In this document: in pieces, positions 48,123 to 61,672 of the stretch
Position numbering within the stretch: position 1 is the stretch's first letter
How the letters are laid out: every line of letters starts with the position of its first letter
Assembly (NCBI GenBank): GCA_905178155.1
Contig: CAJINV010000001.1
Span: 3,611,706-3,675,705 of the forward strand
Reading direction: 5' to 3'
DNA length: 64,000 bases
Source: Amoebophrya sp. A120
Lineage: Eukaryota > Protista > Dinoflagellata
The notes under the pieces: model-generated
Seen by the model: the letters and a program-made list of their open reading frames with translations, nothing else
Databases searched by the model: none
What the model was told of the DNA's origin: nothing
Program-made: the position numbers and the translations under genes

Positions 48123-51100
48123 ATGAACGCGCCACCGGTAACTTTAAGTACAAGGCCTCGGTCGCGCGGGCCCGGATCGGCAACGAAAACCATGCGTAGT
48201 GGACGCGGTAACTCGCGGTCGTTAAAGACGAAAAGATCCAGGTCTCCTACCTCACCGCAGCACAAAAGTCGAACCAAACGCACCTACCGGAGTGGATCGC
48301 CAAAGGGCCGTGGGGGCGCCGCGTCGGGTCGGAAGTTGGTATCGCCCGACGGGGGCGATGGCGTGCACTTTCACGAGCATCATATACACGCAGCGGAGAC
48401 GATCCAGAGGCAAGCTGAAAAATTAGAGCTTCTGGAAGAGAAAAGTAAAACTTATTTTGCATAAGCGTTTACTGGGGTTCGAATTCGATCGTGTCTATCT
48501 TGCCCCTTCGTGATCTCTCGTGCTGTCAGCAGATGATGCAGAAAGAATTGATTCTACGGCCGCTGGTCGTTCTGAGTAGAATCTGAACCATCGTAGCTGT
48601 ACCTCCATACCGTTGTCTTATTCTCGATCAATGTTGTGTAAAGTATCCGTATAATTGATGAAACTGTCCTCATCCTCCAAAACCACCACCAGATGCGGAG
48701 AAGAGCGCGCGGATTGTCGAGCTCACGGCTGCCGTAGAGGAACTCCAAGGAGACTTGCGCGAGACGGAGGCGCGCGCACGCATGACTTCTCAGTTTTACG
48801 ACGAGGAGGAGGTGATCCAGACGGGTACCATGCAACAACTTCGTATCGACTTGACCCGTTTACAAGCGGACTTCACCCGGCAGCAGCACCAGCTCGCAGA
48901 CCAAACGCAGGAGTTGCAGCTGGCGCAAGCGAGGGTCGAACGGCTCACGCACTGCGAGGAACAGTGCGTCGTCCTGGAAGTGGTATGTGTATCGTAGTTG
49001 CTGCTTTTTGAGGACCTGCTCTCTCTTGCGCGTGCTGCAGCCGATCGGCTGCAAAATTGTCAACGTTGCACTTGGCTGTAGCGCGACGACGTCATAAGGT
49101 TTAGGACACTTTTACCTAGTTTCAGTTTGCCGAGCAAAGAAGTATGTGAATGAGTTTACTTCTTATCGCAGCACACAATCACAAAGACAAAAGCAAAATG
49201 CCGAGAACAAACATGTTGAAAAATTTTGAAATTGCAGAAGAGCCGCGACCTGGAGGACAGATTGAAGCAGTCCGAGAGGGCGCTCGAGAAAACAGAACTC
49301 GATTGGCAGAATCGTTTTAAGGAGGCGCTGCACGCGATGAAACAGCGGTTACGTGAACACGAGGAGAGTGGTGTGAGCGTTGCGGTAGAAAGATGCGAAC
49401 AAGACGAAAAAGCTCCTGCTGCAACCGGGCAACTACCCGAGCAGCAGCGGACCTCTTCTAACACCTTAGCTAAGACCTCAACATCTCACGGGTCGTCCGG
49501 CGGGAAGAACAAGCTGACTGTGTGTTCAGGAGGGTCTGCAGCAGGATCAGTCTCGTCGAGAGGTTCTAGTAAAGACACAGGGGCGGGCGCCACCGCCACG
49601 GCCGCTGCTGCCGGGGAGACAATGACGAGGACCACGGAAACTACGAATAAATCTGATTCAACTACTCCTGGAGCACCAAGTTCTTCCAAAACTACATCGG
49701 TCAGGGAACTGATTTCGAACAGCAGAAAATATTCCATCGCTTCTAACGACGTTGATGCTGGGCGAGGAGCAGGGACGAGCGGGACCACCGGAAATCTCAG
49801 TGGAGAAGGTCGTGACATGTCTGACGAGCTGAAGAAAATGGAGAGGGCGCTGCAACAGGTACGGAGTGTGCTACTTCTAGATCTTTTGTGACAATAGCAC
49901 GACGATGAACAACTCCTGTGATGTGATTCTGAATCTGATCTTCCAACGCAGTTCTCTACAATCATGTTCGCGTTTCACGGCGCACAAAAATAACTCGTCT
50001 TCGTTCAGGCTCGGCTGGACGCGTCGTTGCTGCGCCAGCAGCTCCTGCAGACGACAAAGATGCTGACTGTGGGGAAGCGGGCACAGCAGGGAAAAATGAG
50101 CTTGCTCCGCGAAGACCTGCTGGCGCTGCAAAAGCGCGTCTCGGAGGAGCGCACCGCCTTCGAGCTGGCCCAGGCAAAGGCGGACGCGCGCGTGGCAGAA
50201 ATACAGACGGTAAACCAGGGGTTGTGCGCGGTCGTGCAGCAAAAGGGTCAGGATGTGGAAAACGTACGGAAGTGGGGCCGGAAAGTGTTGCAGCAGCGAA
50301 CCGCTGTGGAGAGATTCCTCGTCGAAGCCCTGCAGGAGGTGCGGCTTGCAATTTTACCTTGTCAACATGCGGCCCCAGAAGTAGACCCGGCATTGAAGGA
50401 GCCGCGCGGGACAGCAACGAAGATGACACGACCCGGAGCAACCATTTCCACTGCGCGGGGAGCGAATGGAGCTAGTACAGGAGATCGACGTCGTCCCCAA
50501 GACCTTCTCATGCTTCTCGATGCAGCCGACGTGGTGCACAGTAGCGGTCAAAATCATAACAAACAAAGAGTACAGAAAGAGATGGCCGAGGCCATCGTGG
50601 ACAAAAACTACATCAAGCCCTATCTTGGAGACAAAGGGACGAGTACATCCTCAAAGCAGTCGTGGAGAGCGATGCTCGAGCTCCCTCCGCGTACCAAGAA
50701 GAGGCAACGCATTGATACGCGCGGGATGCGCTTTCCGATAGAAGAAATCATGCCAAATGAAATGGTCGAAAGAGCACGGAGCGGGAGAAATGATGTTCCT
50801 GAGGAGAAGCCGCCGGCGCCAACCTTGCTGGAACTGGAAGACGGACAAGCAGCTGATAGCGGGACGTATGATCTTGACTGCATGAAGTCGCGAGTTGACG
50901 GTGCGGGGGAGGGAGAGGATAGTGCGGAAGTAGATGACGGGTACTGCAGCTCGCTGGCGGTTCTGTCTCCCACAAATACAGCCGCCGAGGGGCTGCTTCA
51001 CGCCCTGGAGATTGGTTCCAGCCATTCGAGTTGCTCCAGTCGTGAAGACGCCACGAGGACCCCGAGGTTTGTTCGGGAACAAAGCGGCGCCTCCGCTGAT

Positions 51101-53299
51101 GTAGTACCGAAGCAGGGCAGAGCTATCGTGAATAGCTCCACTAAGTCCCGGCTTGCGCAAGAGATCGCTGGAGCAATGACCAAGGCCATGGCGCGCATCG
51201 AACAGTCTGCTCAAACAGAAAAAAGAAGCATACAGAGCGAGCACTGCTCGTCAGCTTCGGCAACAACGCCAAGAGCGCAGGCGGAAGAGCTGCTAGATTG
51301 GTACTACTTGAGCACGACCTTTGGCCACGATGAGTTTGTCTCTCGTATAACGGAAGCCGTCGCTTTGGGCGCTTGTTCGAGCGCGGAACCAACATCGAGT
51401 AACGAGGTGCCAGCAGCCAGCATGGGAGGCCGTCGTGAACAGGAGGAGGACCAAGAGCTACTACCGAGCTTGCGCGACACTCCGTTCGACGATCGCTGCG
51501 AGAACCATCAGCGGCCGGCGAGTAGTTCTTCCAGTCGCAGCCTCGTGTCGAGACGCTCGTTCCATTCAGTTCGGGGGAATTTTCCGGTGGATCATTTCGA
51601 TCCACATGAAGATCCAGCGAGTCATCAAGAAGGAGGCCAAAAGCTTCTACAGCAGCATCCTACAACTACAAGGCAACCGAGTTGTGGAGCACCAGCAGGA
51701 CAACGACCAGCGTCGTCGCCCAGCCGTAAGCGTCCGCACACTGCTGACAGCTGTTACCGGGAGCGCGCCGAGGGCAAACCTGAAGCGACGCTGAAACACA
51801 ACAGCACAGAGGAGGGGGCGAAAGATGGTTTCCGAGCAAGTAGGCACAAAAATAACGCAGCCCTGTTCGCTAGTACAACAACTGTCAACTTTACCGCGCC
51901 GACACCACCACCCACCGGTCTGCCTCGTTGCTCTGTGCCAGCGCGGTTGCGACTCAACAAAGCCATGGGGAGTTACGATGCGTCGCGCGCCGATGCAGCG
52001 ACGAGAATACGGATCGGAGATGAAGTAGACGTGAAGAATCCCGCGAAAGCGAATACTGGCAGTGGTGTAAATAATCATAATGATTATCAAGCAGGAAACA
52101 ATAACTCGAGTTCGCCACCAGCTAGTTCGAAGTCGCAATGCAAGAAAGAAGAAGCCGCGCCGACTGCAAATCTACAGCTAGTTCTCAGAGGCGAAGGGCA
52201 ACAGGAGGGCGCGCAAACTCCAAGAAAGGTCGAGACAACACCGGGCAGTCCACCTAGAGCAGGTGCTGCCGCCGCGATGCCGGGTTTCGGTTCAGTGAAC
52301 CAAGTTGATGTACAACATCTTCGAAGGTCCGCGAGTTCTAGTTCTTCACATAGTAGAGATCTAGACGAAGACTCGACCACCTTGCTCCAGCAGAATCAGC
52401 GGAGCCATAGGGCAGCTCAAGAGCAGATACCACAAGCAGAATCTTCTGGTCCAGAGGACAGCGACGGGGCCTCGGCGTCCGCGGCCTGTGGAACTTTCGT
52501 GACAAGCCTTATCGGCGAGGAGGAGAACGAGGTATTGAATGACAACCTTTCAAGCACGGCTGCTGAGAAAAGTATCCGTGCTGAAAACAACGTTGCCACC
52601 AGCGAGGGTGTGAGTCGTTCTTCAGATGACGGCTGCGGTCGTGGACAAAAAAGGGAGCAAAAGACGATTGGAGATGAAGAGCAGCGCTTTCTTTCAGATC
52701 CAGGATATAAAACGCAGCTACAAGAAGCGACGTCGCATCATCGCCATTTTCTTCGCGGTCGTGAGAAGGAGACAACTTGCACCGAAGATGCAAATGCCGC
52801 ATCCGAAATGAACCAAGCTGCAGCTGCCGTCCAGAGCTGCTCTGCTTGGACGTGGACGCAGCGCGAGCACGCACTAAAGCTGGTGTTCAATCGGATATTC
52901 GCGAATTCGGCCTCCGCGAACCAAGCACTAAATCAGCTAAAACTGCACTTGCTGACCAGCGGGCGTCGCCAAGGCGCCGGTGCAATAAAACCTGGCGTAC
53001 CGACCACTTCGGTCACGACCAATGGCAAGAAGTACGACCGAGGCTCAGGTGGTGGTGCGAGGAACCCGCCCACAAAAAACGCGACTTTTGAGCAACAGAA
53101 GACCAAACAGGAGGCTGGTGCGCAACTGATCACTCTTGCTGGTGGTGCGGCCCGTGCTTCTCATCTTCCAGCGACGGATTTGTTGAGCAAGATTCTCGAT
53201 TCGCTAGACGAGGTCGAGCAGGTTTCCAGCCGTCAGAAAGCGTCATCTTTGCAAGTAAATTCTGCTGCTAAATGTTCAAGCGGTGGAGAAGCTACATAA
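48123..53299 (+). CDS. BBOF1: Basal body-orientation factor 1 (CCDC176)-like coiled-coil protein (spliced)
   Basis: Coiled coil, then VRKWGRKVLQQRTAVERFLVEALQEVR and C-terminal WTWTQREHALKLVFNRI. GT-AG introns ~48445-48692, ~48983-49237 and ~49859-50008. Start uncertain. Confidence 0.7.
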
Positions 53300-54087
53300 A
53301 CAAGTAAATGAATCCCAGTACAATCGCCATACACAGATCAATAGTGAAAGCGCTGCACGGCTTCTGTAAGATAGTTTCTTTCGGCAATTTTCACCAGTTC
53401 TCGCTCACACTATGAACTATGAATATCGGTAGTAAATAGGCTAACAGGACGAGGACGTCGAGTAGAGCTTTTCGCTCGACACTACGGAGTTACGGAATTA
53501 TGCTAAAAAAAGGATGGTCCTAGGCGTACGCCTAGAAGTACAATCAGGTTCAAGATGCATGAAATCAGTATGTCTGCAAATACATGTATGATTTCGCAAA
53601 TGAAATAATGTGATCACGACCACGAACACGATGGACGGGGACGCGTCCCTTCCTGGCTGCTTTCATTTCAGAGTGACGAATTCTTTGGAATTCCAACAAC
53701 CCAAGCTGTGGTATGGAATGGCGCAGCCGACACCCAGGTGAGAGCTCGTCGATGTGGTCAATGTTTCCTGTTAGTTGCCGCGAGGTCCGAGTTTAAATGC
53801 AGCTGTTTGTTTACTGCCTTTGTGTTCCTTCAGCCTCACCGCACCTACAGCGCAGCACGACTCATACATTGCGGCCGAAGCCTGCCACTGCCTTATGTGG
53901 TCTTCCGTTATGGATCAGCGTGTCGCTTTTCTTGTGTCTGCTCTATGCAGTCTTTGTCGCCTGTCTGTAAAACGGTTTTTCTTGTGAAGTTCCCACAAGT
54001 ACTTACCACACAACAAGGCCGGGTTTGTGTTCTTCCTCAGAGGTAGGTAGTAGACCGAACATATTTACTGAAGAAACCAGGAAAAAA

Positions 54088-54969
54088 ATGTCGTCGTCTT
54101 TCGCGCGCGAGGCTTTCGTGGGCGGTTTCTTGCAAGTGGTGTCCGATATTCTGCGACATGTGGCAGAAAAGAAGCCGCTGTCCGCGGTTTCCCTGATGAA
54201 GCAGTACTGCCTCTCCGTAGCCATCCTGCATCCCATCGCGTTTGCCTTTTTCAACAACATCGACCGCATATTGGCGCGCTACGACGCTATCACAAGAAAC
54301 AAGTCGCCGAGCAGCTCCCGACCAGAGGGAGCGGTCGATGCGAGCACCGAGGAAGAAGTGAACGTTACCCCTGCAACCGCAACGCCGAAAAATACCCTTG
54401 GGCCACCGGTCGTGGGGTTTAGAACACCAACATCGGCACAGGACGATAAAATGATAGGGAATGGTAAGAGTAGAACTTCTTCGACACAACTACCGTCAGA
54501 CCAGCAAATAAGTGTCGACGGCGGCGCAGCGGCAGCGGCTCCAGACAGTTCTTCCTCCTCACCGTGGTCTAAGCAGAGGACACACTTAGCCAGGATCCAG
54601 CAACGGATTACGAAAACGTACCGGCAAGCGATGCGGGGAGTCCTGGCCGAGCAGCTCTTTTTCGCCCCGGTGATCAACGCGGCGTACGTACTTGGCTCGG
54701 GACTCCTGCACGACCGCCCGCTGGGAGAGCTGCTGCGCCGGGAAATCTTCGCCTTCGCGTTTCTGCGGTTGTGGCTGTCCAACGTGTCTTTCTGGGGTCC
54801 GGTGTCCATCACCAACTTTCTGCTTGTCCCGCCGGCGCTCCGGCTCACGGTGTCCCGGCTAGCGAGCATCGTGTGGACCATCTGGCTTTTGCGGCGGCAG
54901 AAAGTGGCGACGTTGGCGGCGACGGCTGTCGTGCAGGGGGCATCCACAACTTCTGTGGCCACTTCCTAG
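54088..54969 (+). CDS. Mpv17/PMP22 family membrane protein
   Basis: VVSDILRH, EQLFFAPVINAAY, FWGPVSITNFLLVPPALR...IVWTIWL. Confidence 0.85.
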   Translation: MSSSFAREAFVGGFLQVVSDILRHVAEKKPLSAVSLMKQYCLSVAILHPIAFAFFNNIDRILARYDAITRNKSPSSSRPEGAVDASTEEEVNVTPATATPKNTLGPPVVGFRTPTSAQDDKMIGNGKSRTSSTQLPSDQQISVDGGAAAAAPDSSSSSPWSKQRTHLARIQQRITKTYRQAMRGVLAEQLFFAPVINAAYVLGSGLLHDRPLGELLRREIFAFAFLRLWLSNVSFWGPVSITNFLLVPPALRLTVSRLASIVWTIWLLRRQKVATLAATAVVQGASTTSVATS

Positions 54970-55489
54970 AAGAACAAGCCGAAAACGAGATTTTCCGAAA
55001 AACAAAAAGTTATGCACTCCTGATAGAGAGTGAGACGAGAGCAATCTATCTTCGCGCCAGGCTGATGTTGAAGTTGATACTGAAGATATGAACGCCTTCG
55101 TTTTGCTTTTGGCGTGGCTCACGTATGCTTTCCCGGGTTCTGCAAGACACATCTATGATAAAGTGTTCGGCGCTACGCGTGAAACGAAAAGAGGATGAAC
55201 ATGGAGGAGCGTCGAGTTGCAACGGGAGTCGGTATATTCAGCTTTTGTGGCGTTTTTTTTCTCACTTTTGCGTTGCTGTGCAGCGCAGATAGAAGGACAT
55301 TTGTGTGCTAATTTACCGCAGGACACTTATTTGGCATTGAATACAACTAATATGCTTCTCCTTTTGCTTTTCTAAATATCTACCCACGGGCGGCTCAACC
55401 CATTCCGTATCTTTCTCCAACTTTCTCAAAGGACATGTCTATGCCTCACTGTGACTGAATTTCCCACCCCCTCAGATAAGTAAATCAAA

Positions 55490-58400
55490 ATGCTCGTTTA
55501 CAGCACGGCCAGCTCGTCTTCTTCCTCCGGGACCCCGGGTGCGGGATCTCGCGGGGCGTTCGGGGTCCTCGAGAGTAATCTGCCTTCCAACGGAACATCA
55601 GCAAGCGGGTTGCGGGAAGCGGCTCGGCTGGCCGATGTGCTGAAGGAGAAGGATCTGGAGATTGCGAGGCTGGAAGCGAAGTTAGCAAGACAGGACCGCG
55701 CGCTGCAGGCGTTGCGCCAACAGCAACTCGAGTCCGAACTGTACGCCGCCGCGCGGGAGGTGGTTCTGCAGAGCAACTCGACCTCCAGTTTCGGCGACAG
55801 CACGAAGCAGGCCGCGGAACAATCCTCCTCAACAGCGAGCCTCAGTTCCCTCGACCGGTCACTCGCGCCCGCAGCCGAGCGGACCAGAACGCAGGCGAGG
55901 ATCCGGCAAGAACAGCTGCTGAAAAGCAAGGTGGCCAACGCCGCCCTGGCCGCGAACGCCGGAGGTGCGAAGCTGCCCGCGCGGGTGCAGTGTGAGCGCT
56001 TCCGCACGGGTGCGTGCGTTTCAAACGAAGTTTTTCGGCCGCCCGAGGGGCAGACGCTGCAGACGCGGTCGCAAGAGTACCTGGGGCTGGTGGACCTGGG
56101 CGCGCCCCAACCGGTTTTTTTCTCCGAGGTAAGGAAAGAAAGCCAGGTGATCGATCCAGAAGATCGGTTGTCCGATGAAAAGAAGAGCACCAAAAGCGAG
56201 AGCGGTAATAGTACTACGACTAGAGCTGACATCAAAAATGCGGCTTCTCCGCCTGCTGCCGAGGGGCAAGAAGAACGGGCGACGCTCCATCCTCGCAAAA
56301 CAGGACGTGGCAGTACACTGCGCTCGAGCGTGCAGGAGCGAGAGGATGCGAGTGCGACAACAGAGGTTCCAGCAGGAGCACCTTCGATTCGAACAAGCGG
56401 TAGTATTTCCTCCGCCTCCGCGTCCGGAAAAACCACTCTCACCGAGCCAGCGCGAGAGGATGTACAGAGCTACCCGTCACAATTGAGTCTGTTAGTCGAC
56501 CTTCATTCACGATTTCGCTGTCTAATGCACCAAAACGCGCTGTCGCGAGAGGGCGCCACGCAAGCAATCGAAGCGGCTGAAAATGCCGCTGCTGTAGACG
56601 GAGATGACATGAAAGAGCGAAGAAATACAGATGCGCCTTCGCCGAGTGCGCAGCAGGTGGCTAGTAGTACACTGGAAGGACAAAAAGAGCAGGACGACAT
56701 GATGAAACCGAAACCGAAAACCCTTTCCAGTCCTGCTGGAGCGAACGTTCGCAAAAATTCTTCGCCACTGAAAAATCCGGCATTGCGTGCGAGTGAAGAC
56801 AAGGGCTCACGGGAGGCTTTTGAGTGGCTGAAGCGCGAATACGTCAGTAGCCACTTCCGTGTGAAACTGCAGCCCCACCTATCAAAAGCAAAAATCCCCC
56901 CTCCCCATATCGAAAAGGTATGTTCCCGAGAATTTGTGTTGCTGATTTGAGGTCGCAAATCGCCTTTGTATTGCAAGAGAGCAAGGGCAGAAGCTTCCGC
57001 CCCACTATGGAAGCGATTTGTCATGCTTTTGGCCCTAAAAGTGACCCGCTTGCCATGCTGAACAACTAGACCCATACGCCCCTACCGAGCCTGGGGATCT
57101 GGCCGCAGTGCCTCTGTGCAATACAAGGCTGATTTGTGGTCACAAATCAGCATCACAAATTTCTGTTTTGATATGGGGAGGGGGGGTTTTTCATTTCGAT
57201 GCCACCCCTACTTCTCACATTTCCAGCGCGCGAAAAAGACTGTCACGCTTGATCCGCAAATATGCCAGAAAAAAACTATGTGAGTGTAAGTTTGTGATGC
57301 AGAAAGTGCAAAACTGTATACACTTGTCATGATGGATCTGCGTCATAGGCTACTTTCATAGGTGTTTCCATGTACTAGCTGCGCATGACAGGTTTTCCCT
57401 GTAATGCAAAGCGAATTTGTGATGCTGCTCTTCCTACGAACCTACACTTACACAGTTTTTTTCCTGGATAGCAAATCAAGGCCGAGATGCAGCGGTTGGG
57501 GACCGGTTTGTGCGCCCTCCAGCTTGACGAGCAGCAGATGAACGGAGGCGATTCTTCAGAAAGGCACACGGTAAGAAACGATAGCAAAGCACAACCTTCA
57601 TCTGAGGAGCCCGCGTCCAAGGCGCCAATGATTCCAGGCCGCTTCTCGTTTTTCGTTTCTTCAAGCCCGTTCCATGATGCGGAGAAAACTACGGCCGCGC
57701 AAGAAGAACACTCAGGTGCAGTGACTGGGCAGCAGAGCATGTCGGGAAGAAAAAAAACCATCTCCGTGGCACCGAAACCATTTTTGCACTTGCTCGAGCC
57801 TCCAAACCCAAGGACGCCAGAAAAAGAAGGCACAAGAAGCCGAGCTTTTCGACCACGAGATGTTGAAACGGATGTGCCCGCGACTGACGCCCAAGACGGA
57901 AGAACCGATAGCGCAACACAAGCAAGCTCTACGAGAGCGACAGACACACCTTCGTATGGGCAGGGAGATGCCAGAAGCAGCGGGAAAAATAGGTCTAGCT
58001 TTTCGAATTCATCCATCGGGCTGTGGCGACAAGCCGAGGAACTTCTCGCGGACGAGCTTCGATTTTTGGTTCGTGAGTGCCCGTGCTCGGAAAACTACAA
58101 TGTTCCCCCCGCGGACGTCTTAGAAACGCTAGACACCGCTGTCACCTTTCTGGCCGCGATCCTGGAGCTCCCTCCAGAGTTTCTCAACGATACTTCTAGC
58201 AGGCAAACGGGTTATTTTCAGGAGGAAAAGATTGATTGCCAGCGGAACAAAAACCATACTGCAAAGAACCTGCTTTCCGAACAATCTGACGGGGTATTTT
58301 TACTAGACGAGCTTTTGGAGGACGTGGAGCCCGGCATTTCAGATTTCGTCGCTTCCGCAGAAGATGGAGACCGTTTTCCCTTTCTGCAACCGACGCCGGA

Positions 58401-58845
58401 GCAGGCACGAACGAGAATGAAGAGTCGAAAGACCAACGAAAATGACACCACAACTGGTACAAGATCGAAAACGAAGGCAGATGTTGACCAGCAAATAAGC
58501 AAAGCGAAGAACAGTGCTCACCTTCCTGGGCACCAGTTTTCCCCTAGTAAGAAACCAAGTTTCGACTTTTCACCGGGAAAACGAGCTATGTCCAGCACTT
58601 CAAAAGCGAAGAAAAACTACCCCCGCGTGCCCGCCGGCACGGATGCGCTGTGCGAGGTTTTGATTCACTGCATATCGTTGGCGCTCCCAACGAAAGAAGA
58701 CCAGGAGAAGCTACAAAGACTATTGCAGCTTGTCAACGCCAACATATCTCACAACGAAAACGACACTACGCGTCTGGGCAAAACTGGCTACCTGTTGTCA
58801 TTGTTTGAAATCGCGCTAGCAGAAGCAGGCAGAGCAGGCGTCTGA
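55490..58845 (+). CDS. Coiled-coil protein with divergent VPS9 (Rab5 GEF)-like C-terminus (spliced)
   Basis: Intron 56918-57471 joins the ORFs in frame. PPADVLETL, GTDALCEVLIHCI and GKTGYLLSLFEIAL resemble VPS9 motifs. Confidence 0.6.
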
Positions 58846-59501
58846 CGCTATAGTACTTTCCAGCTTTTAGTACAAGAATAGAGCAAAATCAAAATCAGTG
58901 CCTGTTGCTTGTTTCATCAACATCCTGGTATGCGAGTTGTAGTGTTCTTTTTTTCATCCGAAAAAAAAAAGAATCGCGCATGGATCCTCCCGTAGTATAT
59001 TTTTGTACATGTTGTGTCGAACCGTTCTCGATCCGTAACCGTTTGGACGTTGTGGAGCTGGTATTTTTCCTCCAAGCTCCCTCCTGCCAAGCTCTGTCCG
59101 TTTTATGTATGACGCGCATTTACATAATTGTGCATTTGGCATTGTGTGCAGCAAGCGATTTTCGTCCTTCATGTGGTGGCGGTTCTGTACTATGTATTTC
59201 GGTTGACAGCTTTTGTTTTTTGATATACCTGTACGTCTAGGTCTAACTGTACTTCTGCGTGCCTTTGTTTTGGTTCCGTTCGTGTGTGTGTGGTGTCCAC
59301 CTCGGCACGGCCCATGGCTATTCAATTGCTATCCCATGAAAGAGTGCGACGATCTCCTTCTTTTTTGTAGATGTTGTTCTTTCCTGACCTGGTGATCGAT
59401 CGTTTTCTAAATCTGTATTGCGACTAACCATTCTTTCATCATCAAGTTCTTTGAAGGTTTCGAGAGGCGGTCGAAAATAACGCAGAATATAGTATTTCAA
59501 C

Positions 59502-61672
59502 ATGGAGGTCGGTCCGATCCCCTCACACCTGATCGGGAACGCCGACGTGGCGAAACATAAAGAGGAGGCAGATAAGTACAATGCGATTATCAGCCAGCTG
59601 CTGGAGGACGACGTTATCGATTGCACCGCAGACGACCTGAAGGAAGACAACCCCCACCGAGGCCCGTTTTTGCGGCACATGGAGGAGAAAGCCCGATCTA
59701 GAGTGTACTTGCCCGACCCCCCCGGGGGGGCGCTATCCGGGAGCACGAGTGCCGCGTCGAAGATGACAACAACTTCCGCCAGTGCAGCGCAGGCCTCGAA
59801 GGACAACATTCATGCCAACATTCTGCGTACGCTGGTGGCGAATTCGAATCTCAGTACGAATTCCAGCGGCGATCCCGTGCTGGTTCCGAAACCGAAGATA
59901 AAGACTGCTAGTACAACCGGCAGTTGTGTGAACGACAAAGAAAACAACAATGCAATGGTCAACAATGTTGGTTCTGAACAAAGTAAGAACTCGGACAAGA
60001 ACGCGAAAGCCGGCAGTGGTTCCGAGCAAAAGAAAACTCCGTCTAAAAAAACAAAGGGAAAAAATTCGTCCTCCTCGTCCAAAAAATCTGCGGAGAAGGA
60101 GGACAGTGGCTTATTAACGGGGCAGGAAAAGGAAGACAAAGAAAAACCCTCAACCGAAGACTGCATCAAGAACTGCTCGCCAGAGGCCGCGCGCTGGGCG
60201 ATCAATGCAATCTTGCGGAAAGCAAGTACGGCTTAGTTATTCATGACTTTTGGGCCTACACTTTCTTGCGCTTTGTATAAACGATAAAGATCAGTCTTCT
60301 TGAAGATTCGTTCTTTGACTTCTTGCGTTAGGTGACCTAAGACGGTGTGAAGGAAAGCTTCTGATTTTTTTTCTCCAGGTGGGATGGGAACCAACTTTAT
60401 CTTCTTGAACGATTTCAACAACAAATCGGTAGAAGCTGCTGCTCTGGATGAGCCACGGTAAATCATTTTTGTTTTTCTTCGTTCGATTTTTTGAGCACAA
60501 TTGCGCCAGAAGCCATTGCTGCTTACCTTCATGATAAATTTGCATGCTGGGGGGGAGACATAAGGAGTCGGGACTGATGCACCTGAATGTACTGCTCACA
60601 TTTCAATGTAGGATTTTGCACAAAGACAGTTCCACTTTGTACCGATGAAGATGCTAACGCAATAAAAATGGTCTTTAGGAATTCGGCAGAGTCGCTGGGT
60701 ATGGGCCGTGCTGTGGACACTTTGAAGTGGAGTATGTACCAGAGTGAAGACGCGAGTGTACCGGAAAGCAAGAACGCTACCGCGGGGGAGCAAGACCGAA
60801 AGAAGGGCGGGGGAGCGTCAAAAACCGGAAGCGGAACCAGCAAAACCTCGTCCGGTGGTAACGGTGGGACCATTAAGCAGGACGGGAAAGCCTCCACTAA
60901 CAGCAGTAAGAACAAGAAGAAGAAAACCAACCGGCGCATCACCCGCGCGAAGCAGCTGGAGCAGTCCGCGCTGCTCGAGTCTATGTCCACCACGGCCGAT
61001 AACAGCTCTGCCGGTGCGAGCCCGGCGGAGTCGGAATCGCGGCCAACCACGCTGCTGTCCGGCGTGGGGGGCAACGGCGCGTCGCTAGTGTTGGAGGACC
61101 AGGAGGGTCGTGGCGACGGTTTATTCCAGCCCAAGTTGTCGCAGCGGCAAAAGAAGAAGTTCGCGGCGACAAAGGGCATGGACTTGGCCCAAACGTTGGA
61201 CTCCATAGCGAAGGAATTTCGCAAATCCCAGGAGAAAGCGCAGAAGAAAAATTCGGAAAAACAGGGGGAGGAAGTAGACGGGATTAATAACGCGTCGAGA
61301 ACGACCACAGTGCTGACAGTGGCGGAGGACAAGGAAAACGTGACTCCGGAGGCTGACCTGTCGAAAGAACGTAGTACCGCGGCCGAAAATAGTAATTCTA
61401 GTACAACCGAGGAGAAGAAATCACAACCAGCTTGCGCCGCGGAAGATGGAAAACCAAAAACTACGTCGGTCTCGTCCAGTATCACGACGGAAAGGACGGA
61501 GCAGAGTCAAGTTTTGCAGGAGAAAACCGAGATGACGAGAAACAGCGACGAGCCCGACGTTTCCAGCGTTCCGAACGGCGAAGAGCTCATCGAGAAGGCG
61601 TTAGAAGGCGACAAAATCGGTATAAAAACATTGTTGCATGACTGTAAAAATCATATATGTGTTCTTCGGTAA
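59502..61672 (+). CDS. Hypothetical low-complexity protein (spliced; 3' end uncertain)
   Basis: Two coding-like ORFs joined in frame by a GT-AG intron ~60225-60610. A GTAAG at ~61669 suggests a further exon. Confidence 0.6.

Noticed and set aside
33068-56442. Long minus-strand ORFs (e.g. 33068-33901, 38084-39154, 46218-47327, 55498-56442)
   Set aside because: Antisense shadows of GC-rich + strand exons, with no motifs.
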